Of a DNA stretch of 64,000 nucleotides, positions 60,919 through 64,000 are shown one piece after another. Origin of the DNA: the human T2T-CHM13v2.0 reference genome, Homo sapiens. The stretch lies in NCBI RefSeq assembly GCF_009914755.1, contig NC_060941.1. One strand, written 5' to 3'. The position numbers and the translations under genes are program-made. Under the pieces are notes generated by a model, which worked only from the letters and a program-made list of their open reading frames with translations, was not told where the DNA came from and searched no databases. Each line of letters starts with the position of its first letter. The stretch's first letter is position 1.

Positions 60919-60990
60919 TAGCACTAAACTACCTAGTCCCTCAAAGGGACTCTGTGTTTTCCTCAGGAAGCATTTTTTTTTTTTTTCTGA

Positions 60991-61206
<216 letters not shown>

Positions 61207-61253
61207 TGATTCGCCCACCTTGGCCTCCCAAAGTGCTGGGATTACAGGCGTGA

Positions 61254-61769
<516 letters not shown>

Positions 61770-62047
61770 TAGTAGAGACGGGTTTTCACCGTGTTAGCCA
61801 GGAGGGTCTCGATCTCCTGACCTCGTGATCTGCCTGCCTCGGCCTCCCAAAGTGCTGGGATTACAGGTGTGAGCCACCACACCCGGCTATTTTTATTTTT
61901 TTGAGACAGGGACTCACTCTGTCACCTGGGCTGCAGTGCAGTGGTACACCATAGCTCACTGCAGCCTCGAACTCCTGAGCTCAAGTGATCCTCCCACCTC
62001 ATCCTCCCAAGTAATTGGGACTACAGGCGCACCCCACCATGCCCACC

Positions 62048-62078
<31 letters not shown>

Positions 62079-62290
62079 TTTTCATAGAGATGAGGGTTCC
62101 CTGTGTTGTCCAGGCTGGTCTTGAACTCCTGAGCTCAAGGGATCCTTTTGCCTGGGCCTCCCAAAGTGCTGAGATTACAGGCATGAGCCACCGTGCCCAG
62201 CTAGGAATCATTTTTAAAGCCCCTAGGATGTCTGTGTGATTTTAAAGCTCCTGGAGTGTGGCCGGTATAAGTATATACCGGTATAAGTAA

Positions 62291-62632
<342 letters not shown>

Positions 62633-62688
62633 TAGCCTCCCAGAGTGCTGGGATTACAGGCATGAGCCACCATGCGTGGTCTTTTTAA

Positions 62689-62880
<192 letters not shown>

Positions 62881-63262
62881 TAGAGACAAGGTTTCATCAT
62901 GTTGGCCAGGCTGGTCTCAAACTCCTGACCTCAAGTGATCTGCCTGCCTCGGCCTCCCAAAGCGCTGAGATTACAGGTGTGATCTACTGCACCAGGCCTG
63001 GGCGTCATATATTCTTATTTGCTAAGTCTGGCAGCCCCACACAGAATAAGTACTGGGGGATTCCATATCCTTGTAGCAAAGCCCTGGGTGGAGAGTCAGG
63101 AGATGTTGTAGTTCTGTCTCTGCCACTTGCAGACTTTGAGTTTAAGCCAGTCGTGCTCATGCTTTCCTTGCTAAATAGAGGTTAGACCCCCTATCCCATG
63201 GTTTCTCAGGTTGCTTTTCAGCTTGAAAATTGTATTCCTTTGTAGAGATCAGCGTAAAATAA

Positions 63263-63484
<222 letters not shown>

Positions 63485-63739
63485 TAAGCTGGTCTCGAAC
63501 TCCTGGCCTCAAGTGATCTGCCCGCCTTGGCATCCCAAAGTGCTGGGATTACAGGTGTGAACCACCACACCTGGCCTCAATATAGTGGCTTTTAAGTGCT
63601 AAGGACTGAGATTGTGTTTTGTCAGGAAGAGGCCAGTTGTGGGTGAAGCATGCTGTGAGAGAGCTTGTCACCTGGTTGAGGTTGTGGGAGCTGCAGCGTG
63701 GGAACTGGAAAGTGGGCTGGGGATCATCTTTTTCCAGGT

Positions 63740-63943
63740 CAGGGGTCAGCCAGCTTTTCTGCAGCGTGCCATAGACCATCTCTTAGCCCTCGTGGGTCAG
63801 AGTCTCTGTTGCATATTGTCTTTTGTTGTTTTTCACAACCTTTTAGAAACATAAAAAGCATTCTTAGCCCGTGGGCTGGACAAAAAAAGGCCATGACGGG
63901 CTGTATGGATTTGGCCCAGCAGGCCCTTGCTTGCCAAGCCCTG
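63740..63943. mobile_element. MER58-like hAT MITE
   Basis: caggggtcagc…ttgccaagccctg terminal inverted repeats. Confidence 0.55.
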
Positions 63944-64000
63944 TTTTAGACAAGGAGCAGCTTGTGTGCCTGGAACCATCATGGGCACAGGGGAGGAGCA

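Overview
Human (primate) genomic DNA, GC-rich and extremely Alu-dense, recognisable from its protein sequences as the chr17q25.3 segment C17orf99(IL-40) -> SYNGR2 -> <- TK1 | AFMID -> BIRC5 ->. Exon structures rebuilt by hand from GT/AG sites give complete in-frame CDSs for SYNGR2 (224 aa), TK1 (234 aa, minus strand) and AFMID (303 aa), plus the last three coding exons of C17orf99 and exons 1-3 of BIRC5 (with the Alu-derived exon 2B). TK1 and AFMID share a ~380-bp bidirectional CpG-island promoter. There are two retrocopies: an EIF5A processed pseudogene nested in an Alu and carrying two AluY insertions, and an Alu-interrupted MED9 processed pseudogene about 2 kb upstream of BIRC5. Most ORFs in the supplied track are Alu translations. 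The main unexplained features are a well-formed 97-nt cassette exon in C17orf99 encoding a hydrophobic C-terminus (possible membrane/GPI form of IL-40), a ~93-bp non-repeat element duplicated between SYNGR2 intron 2 and its 3'UTR, and BIRC5 intron 1, whose length is 4x63 bp and which contains repeated splice-acceptor-like units. I see no evidence for a wholly new biological system. Gene and repeat identifications rest on recalled sequences; no database search was run.
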